Positions 37,047 to 48,900 of a stretch of 64,000 bases of DNA are shown here, piece by piece. The notes below the pieces were generated by a model. It did not search any database. It saw only the letters and a list, made by a program, of their open reading frames with translations, and had not been told where the DNA came from. The position numbers were made by a program, and so were the translations under genes. The stretch lies in the IMG/VR virus record IMGVR_UViG_3300025632_000002; one strand, 5' to 3'. This stretch comes from an uncultured virus (IMG/VR IMGVR_UViG_3300025632_000002) (taxonomy: Duplodnaviria > Heunggongvirae > Uroviricota > Caudoviricetes > Crassvirales). The first letter of the stretch is position 1; every line of letters starts with the position of its first letter.

Positions 37047-40000
37047 TGGGCAACGTAAAGAGACACTTTATCAAGGGGCGTATGAACAAGAGCGTCGATG
37101 AACGCCTTGTTCCTAATGGGGAGTACATTAACGCTTTGAATGTACGTCTCGGCTCTACTGAAGGCTCTGAGGTAGGCTCTGTAGAGAATTCCAAGGGAAA
37201 TACTAAGCTTACTACTTTACAGTATAAAGGTGTTGATTTAAGCGAAGTAGCCCAGTGTATTGGCTCGTTTGAGGACGGCGTCAAAGAGACTATTTACTGG
37301 TTTATTCACGACGGTTCTAATTCAGTCTCTTCAACAGGAAAAGTAGATATGATTGTTTCGTACGAAACAAATTCGGACTTGTTGACGTACCACTTAGTTA
37401 GCGCTAGCGTACTCAACTTTAATCCGACTTATCTTATTACGGGAGTTAATAAAGTGGAGGACCTTTTATTTTTTACCGATGACTATAATCCACCACGCAA
37501 AATTAACGTTAAACGAAGTTACCCAGCCCCTACCTCAGCGGATAACGACCAAATTGTAGAAGACGATATATCGGTTATTAAGAAGCCGCCCAAAAAAGCT
37601 CCTACCCTTAATCTTATTGACATACCTGGAGAAGAAAATTATCTCGAGACTAACTTCGTTTCGTTTGCATATCGCTACAAATATATTGACAACGAGTATA
37701 GCGCTCTTTCGCAGTTTACTGACGTAGCTTTTGAAAGCAGCCCCTTTAACTTGGACCCCGACACCAACTTCAATGACGGGATGCTTAACCGTTACAACAC
37801 GGCTGTCGTAGGGTTTAACACGGGAGACTCTAACGTTATAGGGATAGACGTATGCTTTAAGCTAGGTAACGATTTTGATGTTCGTGTAGCCAAAAAATAC
37901 ATTAAATCTGAACAAGGGTGGCCTAACGAAATAGTCCAAACGCTCAACTTTACTAACCAAGAAATATATACGCTACTACCTTCTTCCGAGATATTGCGTC
38001 TATATGATAACGTTCCGCTTATTGCTCAGGCTCAAACGGTTATGGGCAACCGACTGATGTACGGAAATTATGAGGACGGATATGATTTAACTAGCTCTTC
38101 AGGAGCTTTAATAAAAACAAATTACACGGCTGAGGTAATATCAGAAATTATAAATATAACTCAGGACCAAGGCGAACAAGCTACGGGAGTGAATTATACT
38201 ATTGACACTAACTCTACCGTTACCGCTAATCAAGCTAAAGTTGTTTTTGATTTTACCGACTCTACCTATGATTTAGTACAGGGAGGCGTCTTTGGCTTTT
38301 CGTTTACTGTGTCTCACAAAGGGTTTTCAGGCTCGGGCTGGGGGACTAGCAGCTCTAACCCTCAGCACCCTTCGTTTAGTTTGTCGTTTACGTTTAACCT
38401 TGCTCAAGACTACAATAGTATTTTTGAAATGGTTAATAGCCCTGAGTTTCAAAATCAAATAGGGGTTACTAATTTTCAAAGCGTATCAAACTGTTCGTCG
38501 GGGAGTACGTTTACCGATACATATAACTGCGCTATTTCAGCGCCAGGCGGGTATACTCTCGCAAGCACGGGCATTACTAGCGGTAACCAAGGGTTTCTTA
38601 TAGGGAGTAGCGCTACTGCGCCCAATGTATTTTCGTTGCAGTTAATGGCGGCTCAATATACTAATACCAGTACCGCTTCGAATCAAAATTTTGAGTACTT
38701 TAAGATTAGCAATTCCGTATATAGTTTTCAAACAGAATCCAGCAACAAAAGCCTTCATAGTAATAGGGATTACGAGATAGGCATTGTATATATGGACGAA
38801 TACAAAAGAGCTACCACAGCTCTTACTAGTACGCAAAATACCGTTTTTGTTCCTCCTACAGCTAGCTCTTATATAAATAAAATAAGAGCAACATTGCCAG
38901 TAGGGATGACTGCCCCTAGCTGGGCACAAACATATAAGTTCGTCCTTAAACAATCCCGAGCTAATTACGATGTTATATACTCTAATACGTACTACTATGA
39001 CAATACCACGTCATCTTACTGGTTTCGACTAGTAGGTCAAGACCAGGCTCTGGTTCAAGCGGGGACTGAACTTATTGTAAAGCGCGACTCTTTAGGCACG
39101 TTATCCGAGGAGCGCAAGGTGACGGTGTTGGACAAGGTTTCCCAGCCCACTAATTTTTTAAGCCCAAACTCTGAACCAGTTGTAAATGTCCCAGGTCTCT
39201 ATATGCGCTTACGTGTACAGGGGTTTTCCGTAAGCCTTAGCTCTCAAAATATATGCTACCCTAGCGTAGTTAGTGTAGCCGATAATTTTTCAGATTTCTT
39301 AAACCCTATTGAAACTGAAAATAAATTCGACGGTTATTCAATAGTAAACTATCCTTTGTTTACGGGCTCTTCAACCTTTTCCTTTATTGATGTTCCTACT
39401 GCTAGCGTCGTAAGAATTAAAATTAAATTTAGAAGGGATGACTCTGGCTTGTGTGGGGGTCCAAATGGGGCAGAGCTATGCGTTGTAAACGAAACGTTTA
39501 CTGCTTCTCAACCATATGAGAATTTTTATACTTTTTGGGAGGGAGAAAATGTAGGGCCAGTTTTAACTAACGCGTTTAACTGTCAGGTTGCCTGTGAAGA
39601 TGAAAGTGGGCCTAATGAAATACAGATATTTCCTAACTATACAAGCGTATCTGAGAGTAGCAGCACTCCTATATATGCGCCTGAAGATAATGTAAATAAA
39701 ATAGGGTTTTACATTATAAATGACGGGACTGAACGTTTGTATTTACAATGTGTAAATGGAAGCAAATTTGTTGCAGGAGCTTTTGGCATAGGGTCTAAAG
39801 ATTCTAGAACAACCGTTGAAATTTGTATTCAGGAGCCTGGGAGCCTTGTCGCTTTTGAAACGGTACCCAATGAAATTGCAGACGGCGTATTCTTTGAAGG
39901 TAGCGAAAACTATGATATAGTAGGTGGATATCATCAGGGGAATGTAACGAACCAGGACGCTACTACTGAAGGCGTCGTTGATTTAGACTTTTTCAACTGC

Positions 40001-42457
40001 TATTCATTTGGTAACGGAATAGAAAGTTATAAGATTGAGGATTCATCTATTGGTCAGTCGTTCGCTTTAGGTGAGAGAACGATACTGGTTTCAGCTCAAG
40101 ACTTTAAGCGGGCAGACCGCTTTGCCGACATCACATACAGTGGCGTTTATAACGACGAAAGCAACGTCAATAAACTCAACGAGTTCAACCTAGGGCTCCT
40201 AAATTTTAAAACTTTAGAAGACGTATATGGCCCCGTTCAAAAAATGGTGGCTCGCGAAACGGACATATTAGTGTTGCAGGAAGACCGTATCTCTTATGTG
40301 CTTACGAATAAAGATGCAATTACCGATGCTGAGGGCGGTAACATTCTAACTGCGGCTCCTTTGATATTGGGCCAGCAGGTCGCTAGGGTAGAGGAATACG
40401 GAATCTCAGCTAACCCTGAAAGCTACGCTGAGTTCGGTATGGATAAATACTTTACTGACGCTAAGCGTGGTGCTGTCATTCAGTTGCGTGGCTCTAGCTT
40501 CAGTAACGAGCAGCTCTCCGTAGTTTCTCAAGAGGGTATGCGCAGCTACTTTAGGGATTTATTTAACGCTAACTTCAATACACAAAAGCTGGGTGGCTAC
40601 GACCCATATATGGACGAGTATGTGGTATCGTCAAATGAGAACAAGCTTCCTGTTGAGGCGGCCTGTGTGAATTGCGATATATCTCAAACATTTAACGTTT
40701 TCCCCAATAGCTTAGGCGAGACGTTTTGTGTAAACCTAGGCGCGGCAGTGGGAGACGTAACTTTAAGTTGGGGCACCCCTATCTTGAGTCCAAGCGCTAG
40801 CTTTGATGTTGTCGCTACTTATAACGGAACGAGCTTTTCTGCTACACAGCAGAATCAATCGGGAACGCTTATCTTCAATAAATCTACTATAAACCCCAAT
40901 ACGGTAGAAATAACTATTACAGCTAACGGAGGCCAGGTAGGAAACTTACAGCTCGGCGTGTCTTGCCCGAAGGAAAACGAATTAAAAATCGTTATGGTGT
41001 GCCTAACGTTAGATTGGCAGAACGGAAATACGATACACAATGAATTTAATTTTACTGAAGGAAGCTACAACAGCCCCCTATACCAATCTTTTGTAAGTTT
41101 TTCTAGCGGTGACAACCCTGTTGTTTCCGAGTATCAAATGTTGACTGGCAGTCAAGGCGTTGGTGTTTTTCCTACTAACGGCTCTACGGTTTACGTCCAG
41201 TCTAATAAGCTTTCCAGCGACACATTCCAATACAACCCCGTTAATAACGCCAACAGGCTACGTTATTTAAGGAGCTCTAACTTGTATGAAAATACCGCGT
41301 CTGGAATATCTAATCTTTTATCTGCTGGACCAACAACTTTAGACGTTACCCCAGGCACTACTGGCGCTTCTCTGTATTCAGGAAGCTTTACGTTGCCTAA
41401 TAATCTTGACGAGTACCTGTATTTAATATATGATTACAGGGAAGCACAGCCCGCTAAGCTTTGTTTCGGCTCTTCTGCTGGCCAGGCTTGTTGCGCCTGT
41501 AGCGCCCCTTCTTCGTTCTACTTAAACGGAGATAACTTAATGTCTTCTACTTCGGTATATACGGATGAGGGTTTGTCTTTGCTCGCGCCCGACCAGTTTT
41601 ATCAATCTACGGTTAACGGAAACTCTGTAGTTCGTGAACAGTCGGGAGGTGTTCTTTTACCTACTGTTTCTTGCGCTGCTTGTGATAGAAAATGTACCGA
41701 CGCTAAGCCATTACCTATAGCGGGGACAACTTTGTCTAATCAACAGATTTATGAAGTTAGTTATGATTTGGCTACAGGCACAGGCGTGGTAGCAATTCGT
41801 TTTACCCCTGGAGCCCCCTCTGGTATTTTTGCTACATACAACAACCAAACCACGAGTGTTTCTAGCGCTACTACAATAACCTCAGGAAACAATCCATCTT
41901 CTTCTTATTTCGAAGGTCCATATTACGGTGACGACACAATATGTACCCCCGCGAGTGGTGTGTTTCCAATTTATAAATGGGATGAAGTTGATGAAAATTT
42001 TGAAGATAGCGAAACTACCGATTCTATTAATATAGTCTCTGCCGATTTGGCAAGCCTTACTAGCGGAGGAGCGGGCAAATATGTTCTTTACGTTTCTAAA
42101 CCGACAGCTGCTCCTTCTACCTTAGACCTTCGTATAATAAGTGCTTGTCCACCAGCATCAGCGGCCCCCAACTGGTCAGTCGATGTAGACTGCCCTCGTA
42201 TCCTCACTGGATTTTCTGCTAGCGTTATGGTAAATGAATCTGGAAACGTATGTTCCGAGCCTATAAACCAGACTTTATATAACCTCCCCGTCCTGTCCCC
42301 TAATTTATTTGGCATTCCTGAAGTACGCGATTGGGTGTTTAAAGATGAGCTAGGTCAGTCATTGGCGGATGATGGATACTATAATATAGAGGACTTGGGT
42401 GGGTTGTGTTTATACATTCACGTTGTAGGTGGAGTTATCGTAGAAAAAACAAGCTAA
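37046..42457 (+). CDS. Putative tail nozzle/stabilisation protein with Cys-rich C-terminal extension
   Basis: GRMNKSVDERLVP.GEY..ALN start and YFTD.KRG.V..L, recognised as podovirus tail-hub-type motifs. Confidence 0.7.
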   Translation: MGNVKRHFIKGRMNKSVDERLVPNGEYINALNVRLGSTEGSEVGSVENSKGNTKLTTLQYKGVDLSEVAQCIGSFEDGVKETIYWFIHDGSNSVSSTGKVDMIVSYETNSDLLTYHLVSASVLNFNPTYLITGVNKVEDLLFFTDDYNPPRKINVKRSYPAPTSADNDQIVEDDISVIKKPPKKAPTLNLIDIPGEENYLETNFVSFAYRYKYIDNEYSALSQFTDVAFESSPFNLDPDTNFNDGMLNRYNTAVVGFNTGDSNVIGIDVCFKLGNDFDVRVAKKYIKSEQGWPNEIVQTLNFTNQEIYTLLPSSEILRLYDNVPLIAQAQTVMGNRLMYGNYEDGYDLTSSSGALIKTNYTAEVISEIINITQDQGEQATGVNYTIDTNSTVTANQAKVVFDFTDSTYDLVQGGVFGFSFTVSHKGFSGSGWGTSSSNPQHPSFSLSFTFNLAQDYNSIFEMVNSPEFQNQIGVTNFQSVSNCSSGSTFTDTYNCAISAPGGYTLASTGITSGNQGFLIGSSATAPNVFSLQLMAAQYTNTSTASNQNFEYFKISNSVYSFQTESSNKSLHSNRDYEIGIVYMDEYKRATTALTSTQNTVFVPPTASSYINKIRATLPVGMTAPSWAQTYKFVLKQSRANYDVIYSNTYYYDNTTSSYWFRLVGQDQALVQAGTELIVKRDSLGTLSEERKVTVLDKVSQPTNFLSPNSEPVVNVPGLYMRLRVQGFSVSLSSQNICYPSVVSVADNFSDFLNPIETENKFDGYSIVNYPLFTGSSTFSFIDVPTASVVRIKIKFRRDDSGLCGGPNGAELCVVNETFTASQPYENFYTFWEGENVGPVLTNAFNCQVACEDESGPNEIQIFPNYTSVSESSSTPIYAPEDNVNKIGFYIINDGTERLYLQCVNGSKFVAGAFGIGSKDSRTTVEICIQEPGSLVAFETVPNEIADGVFFEGSENYDIVGGYHQGNVTNQDATTEGVVDLDFFNCYSFGNGIESYKIEDSSIGQSFALGERTILVSAQDFKRADRFADITYSGVYNDESNVNKLNEFNLGLLNFKTLEDVYGPVQKMVARETDILVLQEDRISYVLTNKDAITDAEGGNILTAAPLILGQQVARVEEYGISANPESYAEFGMDKYFTDAKRGAVIQLRGSSFSNEQLSVVSQEGMRSYFRDLFNANFNTQKLGGYDPYMDEYVVSSNENKLPVEAACVNCDISQTFNVFPNSLGETFCVNLGAAVGDVTLSWGTPILSPSASFDVVATYNGTSFSATQQNQSGTLIFNKSTINPNTVEITITANGGQVGNLQLGVSCPKENELKIVMVCLTLDWQNGNTIHNEFNFTEGSYNSPLYQSFVSFSSGDNPVVSEYQMLTGSQGVGVFPTNGSTVYVQSNKLSSDTFQYNPVNNANRLRYLRSSNLYENTASGISNLLSAGPTTLDVTPGTTGASLYSGSFTLPNNLDEYLYLIYDYREAQPAKLCFGSSAGQACCACSAPSSFYLNGDNLMSSTSVYTDEGLSLLAPDQFYQSTVNGNSVVREQSGGVLLPTVSCAACDRKCTDAKPLPIAGTTLSNQQIYEVSYDLATGTGVVAIRFTPGAPSGIFATYNNQTTSVSSATTITSGNNPSSSYFEGPYYGDDTICTPASGVFPIYKWDEVDENFEDSETTDSINIVSADLASLTSGGAGKYVLYVSKPTAAPSTLDLRIISACPPASAAPNWSVDVDCPRILTGFSASVMVNESGNVCSEPINQTLYNLPVLSPNLFGIPEVRDWVFKDELGQSLADDGYYNIEDLGGLCLYIHVVGGVIVEKTS

Positions 42458-43230
42458 TGGCTGAGACACTAACATATTCCCCTGACGTAAAAGGGTGGCC
42501 TTCGTTCTACTCGTATATCCCCGAGTGGATGGCTGGTATGAATAACTACTTTTATTCTTTTAAAGGCGGTAATTTATATAGGCACAACACCAACGAAATC
42601 CGCAATCAGTATTACGGGGTAAACTATTCGTCTCAGATGACTAGTATCTTTAACGATAACCCTACGGACAATACTTTGTGGAAGACGATGGAGTTGGAGT
42701 CGGACCAAGCGTGGGAGATTGAGCTGGAGACGGACATTCAAAACGGGTATATCGATGAAGCGTGGTTTGAAAAGAAAGAGGCTGTGTTTTTTGCCTTCGT
42801 TCGCAACCCTGACGGAGAGAACGGAGAGCCCGCCTTAACCATCGACCCTTCGCAGTATGTCCTTCGCTCGGTCAACGGCATCGGCTCTAATGCCACTGTG
42901 GCGGCTGGAGTCATCAACTTTGGTTTCCCCATAAGCAGTATCTTATCTATTGGAGATATCTTGTATACGATTGACCCTAATAATCCAGGCGTCCCTATTG
43001 TAGTGGGTCCCGTCACCGCGTTCTCAGCCGATAGGACTGAGGTCAGCTTTACGTTGTCGGCGGGGGGAACGAATCCGCAAGCCGCTTGGTATATGATGGG
43101 CGTAAAGAACGCACAGGCAGAGTCCCACGGTGTACTCGGACACTACTGCAAGTTTATCGCGACCAACTCATCGACTATCGCTACGGAACTTTTCGTAGTA
43201 GAAAGCCAGATGATGAAATCGTATCCTTGA
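42457..43230 (+). CDS. Putative tail protein
   Basis: TAATG-coupled start; GWPSFYSY.PE.M....NYFYSFK.G.LY.HN motif. Confidence 0.7.
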   Translation: MAETLTYSPDVKGWPSFYSYIPEWMAGMNNYFYSFKGGNLYRHNTNEIRNQYYGVNYSSQMTSIFNDNPTDNTLWKTMELESDQAWEIELETDIQNGYIDEAWFEKKEAVFFAFVRNPDGENGEPALTIDPSQYVLRSVNGIGSNATVAAGVINFGFPISSILSIGDILYTIDPNNPGVPIVVGPVTAFSADRTEVSFTLSAGGTNPQAAWYMMGVKNAQAESHGVLGHYCKFIATNSSTIATELFVVESQMMKSYP

Positions 43231-43261
43231 TTCTAATTATCTTTGACTAAACATAAATCGT

Positions 43262-44200
43262 ATGGCATTTGTAACAGCAGCACTACAGTTAGCTTCGGCG
43301 GGCGTAAGTACGTACCAAGCCATTGAGGCTAACCGTCGTATTAAAGACGCTCAGAAAGCAGCTCAGAAGGCGACGCGTGAGGCGAAACGCCTCACCGAGA
43401 TTAACCCTATGCAGGAGCTTTCTGTCCCTACAGAAGCCTATATGCAGGCACGAGAGAGCCAGCAGCGATTGATGGCCCAACAGGTGCAGGCGGCACAGGA
43501 AGCTGACCCGAGGGGAGCGGCACGTAGCGCGGGAGTCGCTGTCGGAGGTAGCCTCGCTTTAGAAGACCAGTTACGGTCGGCTCAGGAAATGATGCAATAC
43601 AGAAGGGATATAGCTGTAAAGGGCCAGGACGTAGCTAATATAGATGCTCGGCGAGGCATCGCGGAGGCGGAGGCTTCTGGGTCTCAGCAAGCTGCTGCTG
43701 ACTCACAAGAAGCGATGGCTGAGGCTATCACCTCGGGGGCTGAGATGCTGGCTGGTGCGGGCGCTACGATTGATGCGGGAAGGGCGCTTTACAAGCAGAG
43801 CAGGGGAACTAAGATGATTGGAAAACAACTTCAGGGTGACGGTCGAGAGCAGTTCCTAGCGCAAACCACTCCTATTTTACAGCAACAGATGGTTGGTATG
43901 ACAGCTGGTCAACGTGAACAGTTCGCTCGGCAATATGGTCTTGACTTAGATGCTATGCAAACCGCTTTAGGAGACGGTGGTAACTTCGGTGATTTCTTTG
44001 GCTCACTTGGCGGCCTCACTCAGCAAGAGCTTCTTACTCAAGGGCTAACCATTGACCAGCTTAAAGCTTTTAATCGAGGAACTTTCCTTACTCCTCAATC
44101 CGCTGGTGTGGCTGGGGTAACAGGTAACGCTATGCCTTTTCAAAGTTCGTATAATCAATTTGATATTCGTCAACGTAACCCTGATTTGATACAGATATGA
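43262..44200 (+). CDS. Putative internal virion (ejection) protein
   Basis: Ala/Gln/Gly-rich and helical; first of three genes after the tail module. Confidence 0.6.
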   Translation: MAFVTAALQLASAGVSTYQAIEANRRIKDAQKAAQKATREAKRLTEINPMQELSVPTEAYMQARESQQRLMAQQVQAAQEADPRGAARSAGVAVGGSLALEDQLRSAQEMMQYRRDIAVKGQDVANIDARRGIAEAEASGSQQAAADSQEAMAEAITSGAEMLAGAGATIDAGRALYKQSRGTKMIGKQLQGDGREQFLAQTTPILQQQMVGMTAGQREQFARQYGLDLDAMQTALGDGGNFGDFFGSLGGLTQQELLTQGLTIDQLKAFNRGTFLTPQSAGVAGVTGNAMPFQSSYNQFDIRQRNPDLIQI

Positions 44201-45966
44201 GCTACTATAAGTACGCAAAGAGAGACGAGAAGAGCAGGGTAGACTGGGGTGCTATCACTACTAACCTTGTTGATACGCTCAGGGAGCAGGAGGCTGAACG
44301 CGAGAAACAACGTGAGGAGATTGATGCTTCGTCTCGGGCTACAGGAGATATCTTGTCCGATGCTCCGCAGGGGGAAAACAAAGCGGCCAATGAATGGATT
44401 CTAAACGCTTCGTCTGATGCCTCTCAGTACTTAATGTCTCAGAACCGACTGCTCAAGTCTGGTCTCCTTGACCCTAGAGACTTTACTGTCAATCGACAGA
44501 ACGTAGAGGATAGCTTCAAGGCTTTGCAAGACGTATCTAAAAATGCTCAACAGTATTACAAGGAGACAATGGACCGCATTGAGAACAATGAGTCTATCGT
44601 CGGTATGGAGGGGGCAGTACAGGAGCAGCTCAATAAGTTTCAGAACTGGTCTAAGACACAGGCGTTTGTAAATCCTACCAACGGAAAGATTAGCATAGGT
44701 ATGCTTAATGAAGATGGTGGTCTCTCTAAAAACGCTTCCGAGTTTAGCAGCATTGAAGGTATTACCAATCGTATGCGCTCTCGTTATGACAGGTATGATT
44801 ACTCACCAGACCTGCAAAGTTGGATAGACGGTGTGGGTAAAGACGTAAGGGTAGTTCGTAAAAAAGGTGTACTAACCCTTTCTGACGCTAGTCAAGACGC
44901 TGGATTCCAAACAGCGCTTGATGAGCAAGTGGGAGCTCTTGTTGATAGCAATCCCATTCGTGTTGTAAGTATACTAGAGGAGCTTGGACTTATCGATGGC
45001 TATGACATTGACGGGGAAAAGACTACGCAGGAAGGCGACAAGTTCAATGTAGCTATGAAGAATCAGAACGACGGCATTGTTATGCCAGAAGTCACTGATG
45101 ATATGAAAGCCAAGGCTCGTGAGTTCTTAAGTGGACAGATGCTTAATATGCTTGACAAGGAGCAGACACCTATGCCAGAGGACAGGGCCGCACAAGCCTT
45201 TAATAGGGTACGAAGTGCGGGTGCTAAAGATGACGCTGCTGTATTGGATGCGGTAGGGCTTTTGTACTCGGGTAGTAAAAATGATATTGACTCTGCCGTT
45301 AAGTCACTTGCTGGTTTGAACCCTAATATTCAAAGTATACAGCGAACTAATAGAGGAGTTACGGTTATTTACAAAAATGGCGACGCGTCAGACCTGCCGT
45401 TCTATAAAACAGATGGCGACGGAAACGTTATAGCAACTCCTGAGCTTTTGATAGACGGTAGAAACTGGACTACTGGCGCCGCTGGTTTAATTACTGGGAT
45501 TACAGAGAAGAATTACAATAAGATAGCTGAGGAATCTAGCTGGAATCCTATGTACGATGAATTTACCGTAGCTAAAGTTTTCGAGCCTTATGATGAATCG
45601 GAAGCAACGTTTGGCTTCTCCTATGGAACTACTGCTAAGGACCCGCTGAAAGCTGTTCAAGACATAAAGGCTGGCGTTACTGCTGAGCTCTTTGCGTCTG
45701 ATGACGAAGATACCGTAGCCAACAGTGTCAGTGAGGTGGTCAGCAAGTTAGGGTTTAATGTAGAGGGTGTTGGTGTTATTCGTGATGTGATAAAGGTTAC
45801 AAACCCCGTTACAGGGGAATCGGTAGAGATTAGAACTTCGGATAGCGAAACCGCTAAAAACAACTTATTGTCATTCATAAATAGCCAGGTAGCGACAGCA
45901 GAGGATATAATGAGAGTAAATTTGCAGTCAGGAGGAGCGGGAACTATAGACTACGGCAACCTATAA
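44197..45966 (+). CDS. Putative internal virion (ejection) protein
   Basis: 589-aa ORF; position. Confidence 0.6.
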   Translation: MSYYKYAKRDEKSRVDWGAITTNLVDTLREQEAEREKQREEIDASSRATGDILSDAPQGENKAANEWILNASSDASQYLMSQNRLLKSGLLDPRDFTVNRQNVEDSFKALQDVSKNAQQYYKETMDRIENNESIVGMEGAVQEQLNKFQNWSKTQAFVNPTNGKISIGMLNEDGGLSKNASEFSSIEGITNRMRSRYDRYDYSPDLQSWIDGVGKDVRVVRKKGVLTLSDASQDAGFQTALDEQVGALVDSNPIRVVSILEELGLIDGYDIDGEKTTQEGDKFNVAMKNQNDGIVMPEVTDDMKAKAREFLSGQMLNMLDKEQTPMPEDRAAQAFNRVRSAGAKDDAAVLDAVGLLYSGSKNDIDSAVKSLAGLNPNIQSIQRTNRGVTVIYKNGDASDLPFYKTDGDGNVIATPELLIDGRNWTTGAAGLITGITEKNYNKIAEESSWNPMYDEFTVAKVFEPYDESEATFGFSYGTTAKDPLKAVQDIKAGVTAELFASDDEDTVANSVSEVVSKLGFNVEGVGVIRDVIKVTNPVTGESVEIRTSDSETAKNNLLSFINSQVATAEDIMRVNLQSGGAGTIDYGNL

Positions 45967-45977
45967 TTAACTAAGAG

Positions 45978-48900
45978 ATGAACGAACAGGTAATTGACGA
46001 CTTATATGCGCGAGCCTTACAGAGTGGTTACAAGAAAGGACGTGCTGATTTCGTTCAATTGATACAATCAAATGAAGATGTATTCAATGATATGTATCAG
46101 TATGTTCAGTCTAAGGGATATGCTAAAGACGCTCAAAGTTTCTCCTCACTTGTAGGAAAGCGAACCGCCCCCACTGTAAAAAAAAAAGTTACGGCATCCG
46201 TATCGGAGCCTGGTTCTTTGGTCTCACCAGAGCCTGAAGTTCCTGTTGAGACAGCTATTGCCCCAGCGACTGAAGCTGCTGAACCAGCGACTACCCTAAC
46301 GGGAGCGGCTGACCCTGACTTTTTTGAGGAGCGTATGGAAATGATTTCGCCTCAACTTATCGACCGAGGCGATGAGGACGAAGTGGCTCAAGAGCTTACC
46401 GATGTGTTTAAGCCTTACGGATTTGAGGTTGAGCCCGCTGGTATAGGAGATGCTATAAAGGTAACCGCAGGCAATGGGAAGTCTATTGAGGTTGACCTTG
46501 ACCCATTTGAGATGCCTAAGATTCTAAGCCCCTTTGGCCTAGACTTCAATACCGAAACCGAGACCGCTGAAGCAAAAAAGCTACAAGACTTTTTAAGGGA
46601 AAACAGGCAGGAAGGATTAGACGCTCCCCGCAGGTTTGTAACCAATAAGCAACGAGACGATGAGGTAAAGCGCATTAATCAAAAGCAAAAAGAAATAAAC
46701 CGCTCCGCTCAAGACTACCTTAAAAGAAAACTAGAATTTCAAAATAAATACCCTCAGTTTTTAACCTATGACCCAGAGTATATAAAAAACAACCCCGAGG
46801 AGTACCAGAGGTTTTTGAATGATAGAGACAGCCTCGAAAAAGAACGAGAGTTTCTAGTTGAAATAGACCAAAAGGCAAAAGAAGAAGGGGCTCAGCTAGA
46901 TAGGCTAGCGGGAGAGTATACTGAGATGTTAGCCCAAAGAGGTTACTGGAGTGGAGGTGTGTTTAGAAATGAATTTATTCAAGGCATCGCTGAAATTGTG
47001 GCTGGCGCAAAGGACTTTGCTTTAGATACAGCCTACGACCCTAAGTTTCTTATGGAGACTGACCCCGAGTTCTTTAGGGATAACTACCTAAAAGAAGCTG
47101 CGGACAAGGGCTATGACGTTCCGTCTGCGTCTGATATGACGGTTGATGAATTTAAAGCTTGGATGAAAACCGACAAGGGTATCCCAGCAAAGGAAAGCAT
47201 AGCTATACAGACTAGTATAGTAGACACTAAGCTCAAGAGGCGCAAGCGCGGAGAACCAATTGATTACGAAGAAGCCTTAAACGCATACTCTCAATACGCT
47301 ACCTCTAAAAATATGGAGGTAACGGACGGCGAGCTTGCCGCTTTACGTCGCGGGCTTGACTTCTTGAAAGACCCCGAGTCTACTCCCGAAGCCGCAGACT
47401 TGATGTACGAGTCGTTTTGGGGCGGCGCTTTGTTAGGCGTTACTCGTTCGCTTCCAGCTATACTAGTCCCAGGTGGCTTTATTACTCGTACAGCGGCTAT
47501 GTACTCTCAAATAAGCAGCGCCTTAGAGCAAGAGATGGCTAAAGACCCTGACTTTCGGGATATATCTGAAGCTGAGAGGTTTCGATTGAAATTAGCTATT
47601 GGCTCTGCGTCTTCGGTTTTAGAATCCTTGGGTGTTAGGAATGTTCTAAAGCAAAAGGGGTTGCTTACAGGAATCCTTATGAAGGCTTTGAAAAAAACTC
47701 CTGCAAATGTCAAGGGTAAGGCTTTCAATGAAGTCGTTATGCGCGAAATTAATAGCGCTATTGGTCGAGGAGCGTTGGTTGTAACAAGCGCGGGCTTAGC
47801 TGAGTTTGAAACAGGGTTTTTGCAAGAGGGTGTAGACATCGGGTTTAAAAATGTCTACAACGAGATGAAGGGTAGAGATATGTTTGAAACCCCAGAAGGG
47901 GCTAGAGACATATTTGGTCGGATGCTTTATGCGGGAGCTCAAGAGGCTGTGGGTGGTTTTGTACTGGGAACTCCTGGGGCTATCAGCGCAGCGCGAAGGA
48001 GCTATGACTTTACGGCTGTCGATGACGCGACGTTTGAGATGTTTGAAAACGTAAGCTCCCAAACAGCTCGTGGCGAGCTGACTTACCGCCATATGTTTTA
48101 TACAAACCTCCAGGCTAGGATTAACCGAGGCGAGATAAGCAAGGCGGATGCACAGCAAGAGATGGACAACCTCGATGAGGTAATCGCCGTCAACCGAGAT
48201 ATCCCGTCCGACTTAACGGTAAGCCAGAAGAAGAAGGCTTTAGGGATATTACTTAGGAAGAAAGACTTACAGGAACAAATTGAAGGGAAAGACCCTATCC
48301 TTGTTAAACGCCAGCAAGAAGAACTGAACAGCCTTAACAGGGAACTAGACCAGATACTATACGGAACACCAGAAACAGATGCCATTCAAGAGCAAGGCCC
48401 AGAGAGCGTGGATGCACCAGAACCTACCAGAGATAGCGAAGCGGTGGGAGAAGGAGTACCCGACATCGGAGAACCTACCACAGAGGTTGAAGCCCAAGAC
48501 GACGTTACGGATGAAGCTCCAGCGCCGACGACGGAAGTCGCGGTAGACGAGGCGCCGACGGAGAAGCAACAAAAAGGATTGCAAAGGAGGATTGACAGGA
48601 GTAAAAAGGATTTTGCTGCCGCTACAAGTCTTGAAGAAAAAGCTAAAGCCCTTGTTAGGTACCTTAATAGCGTCTCTAACTCCAAGGGTATTGCAAGTGA
48701 AGAGGATGCGGCTTGGTACGAAGCGAATAAAGCTGAGCTAGAAGCTGAGGGATTTGTATTTGATGATATAGGTGATGAACTAGCTGATGGAAAGCCTGCT
48801 GACATCCGCAACGAAGAAACTAGCGATGCTGTTCCTAAAGGGAAAATAATTATAAAGGCTGTAGTCAAACCAGGGCGGGTGGTAGACGGGAAGGCAGTCA

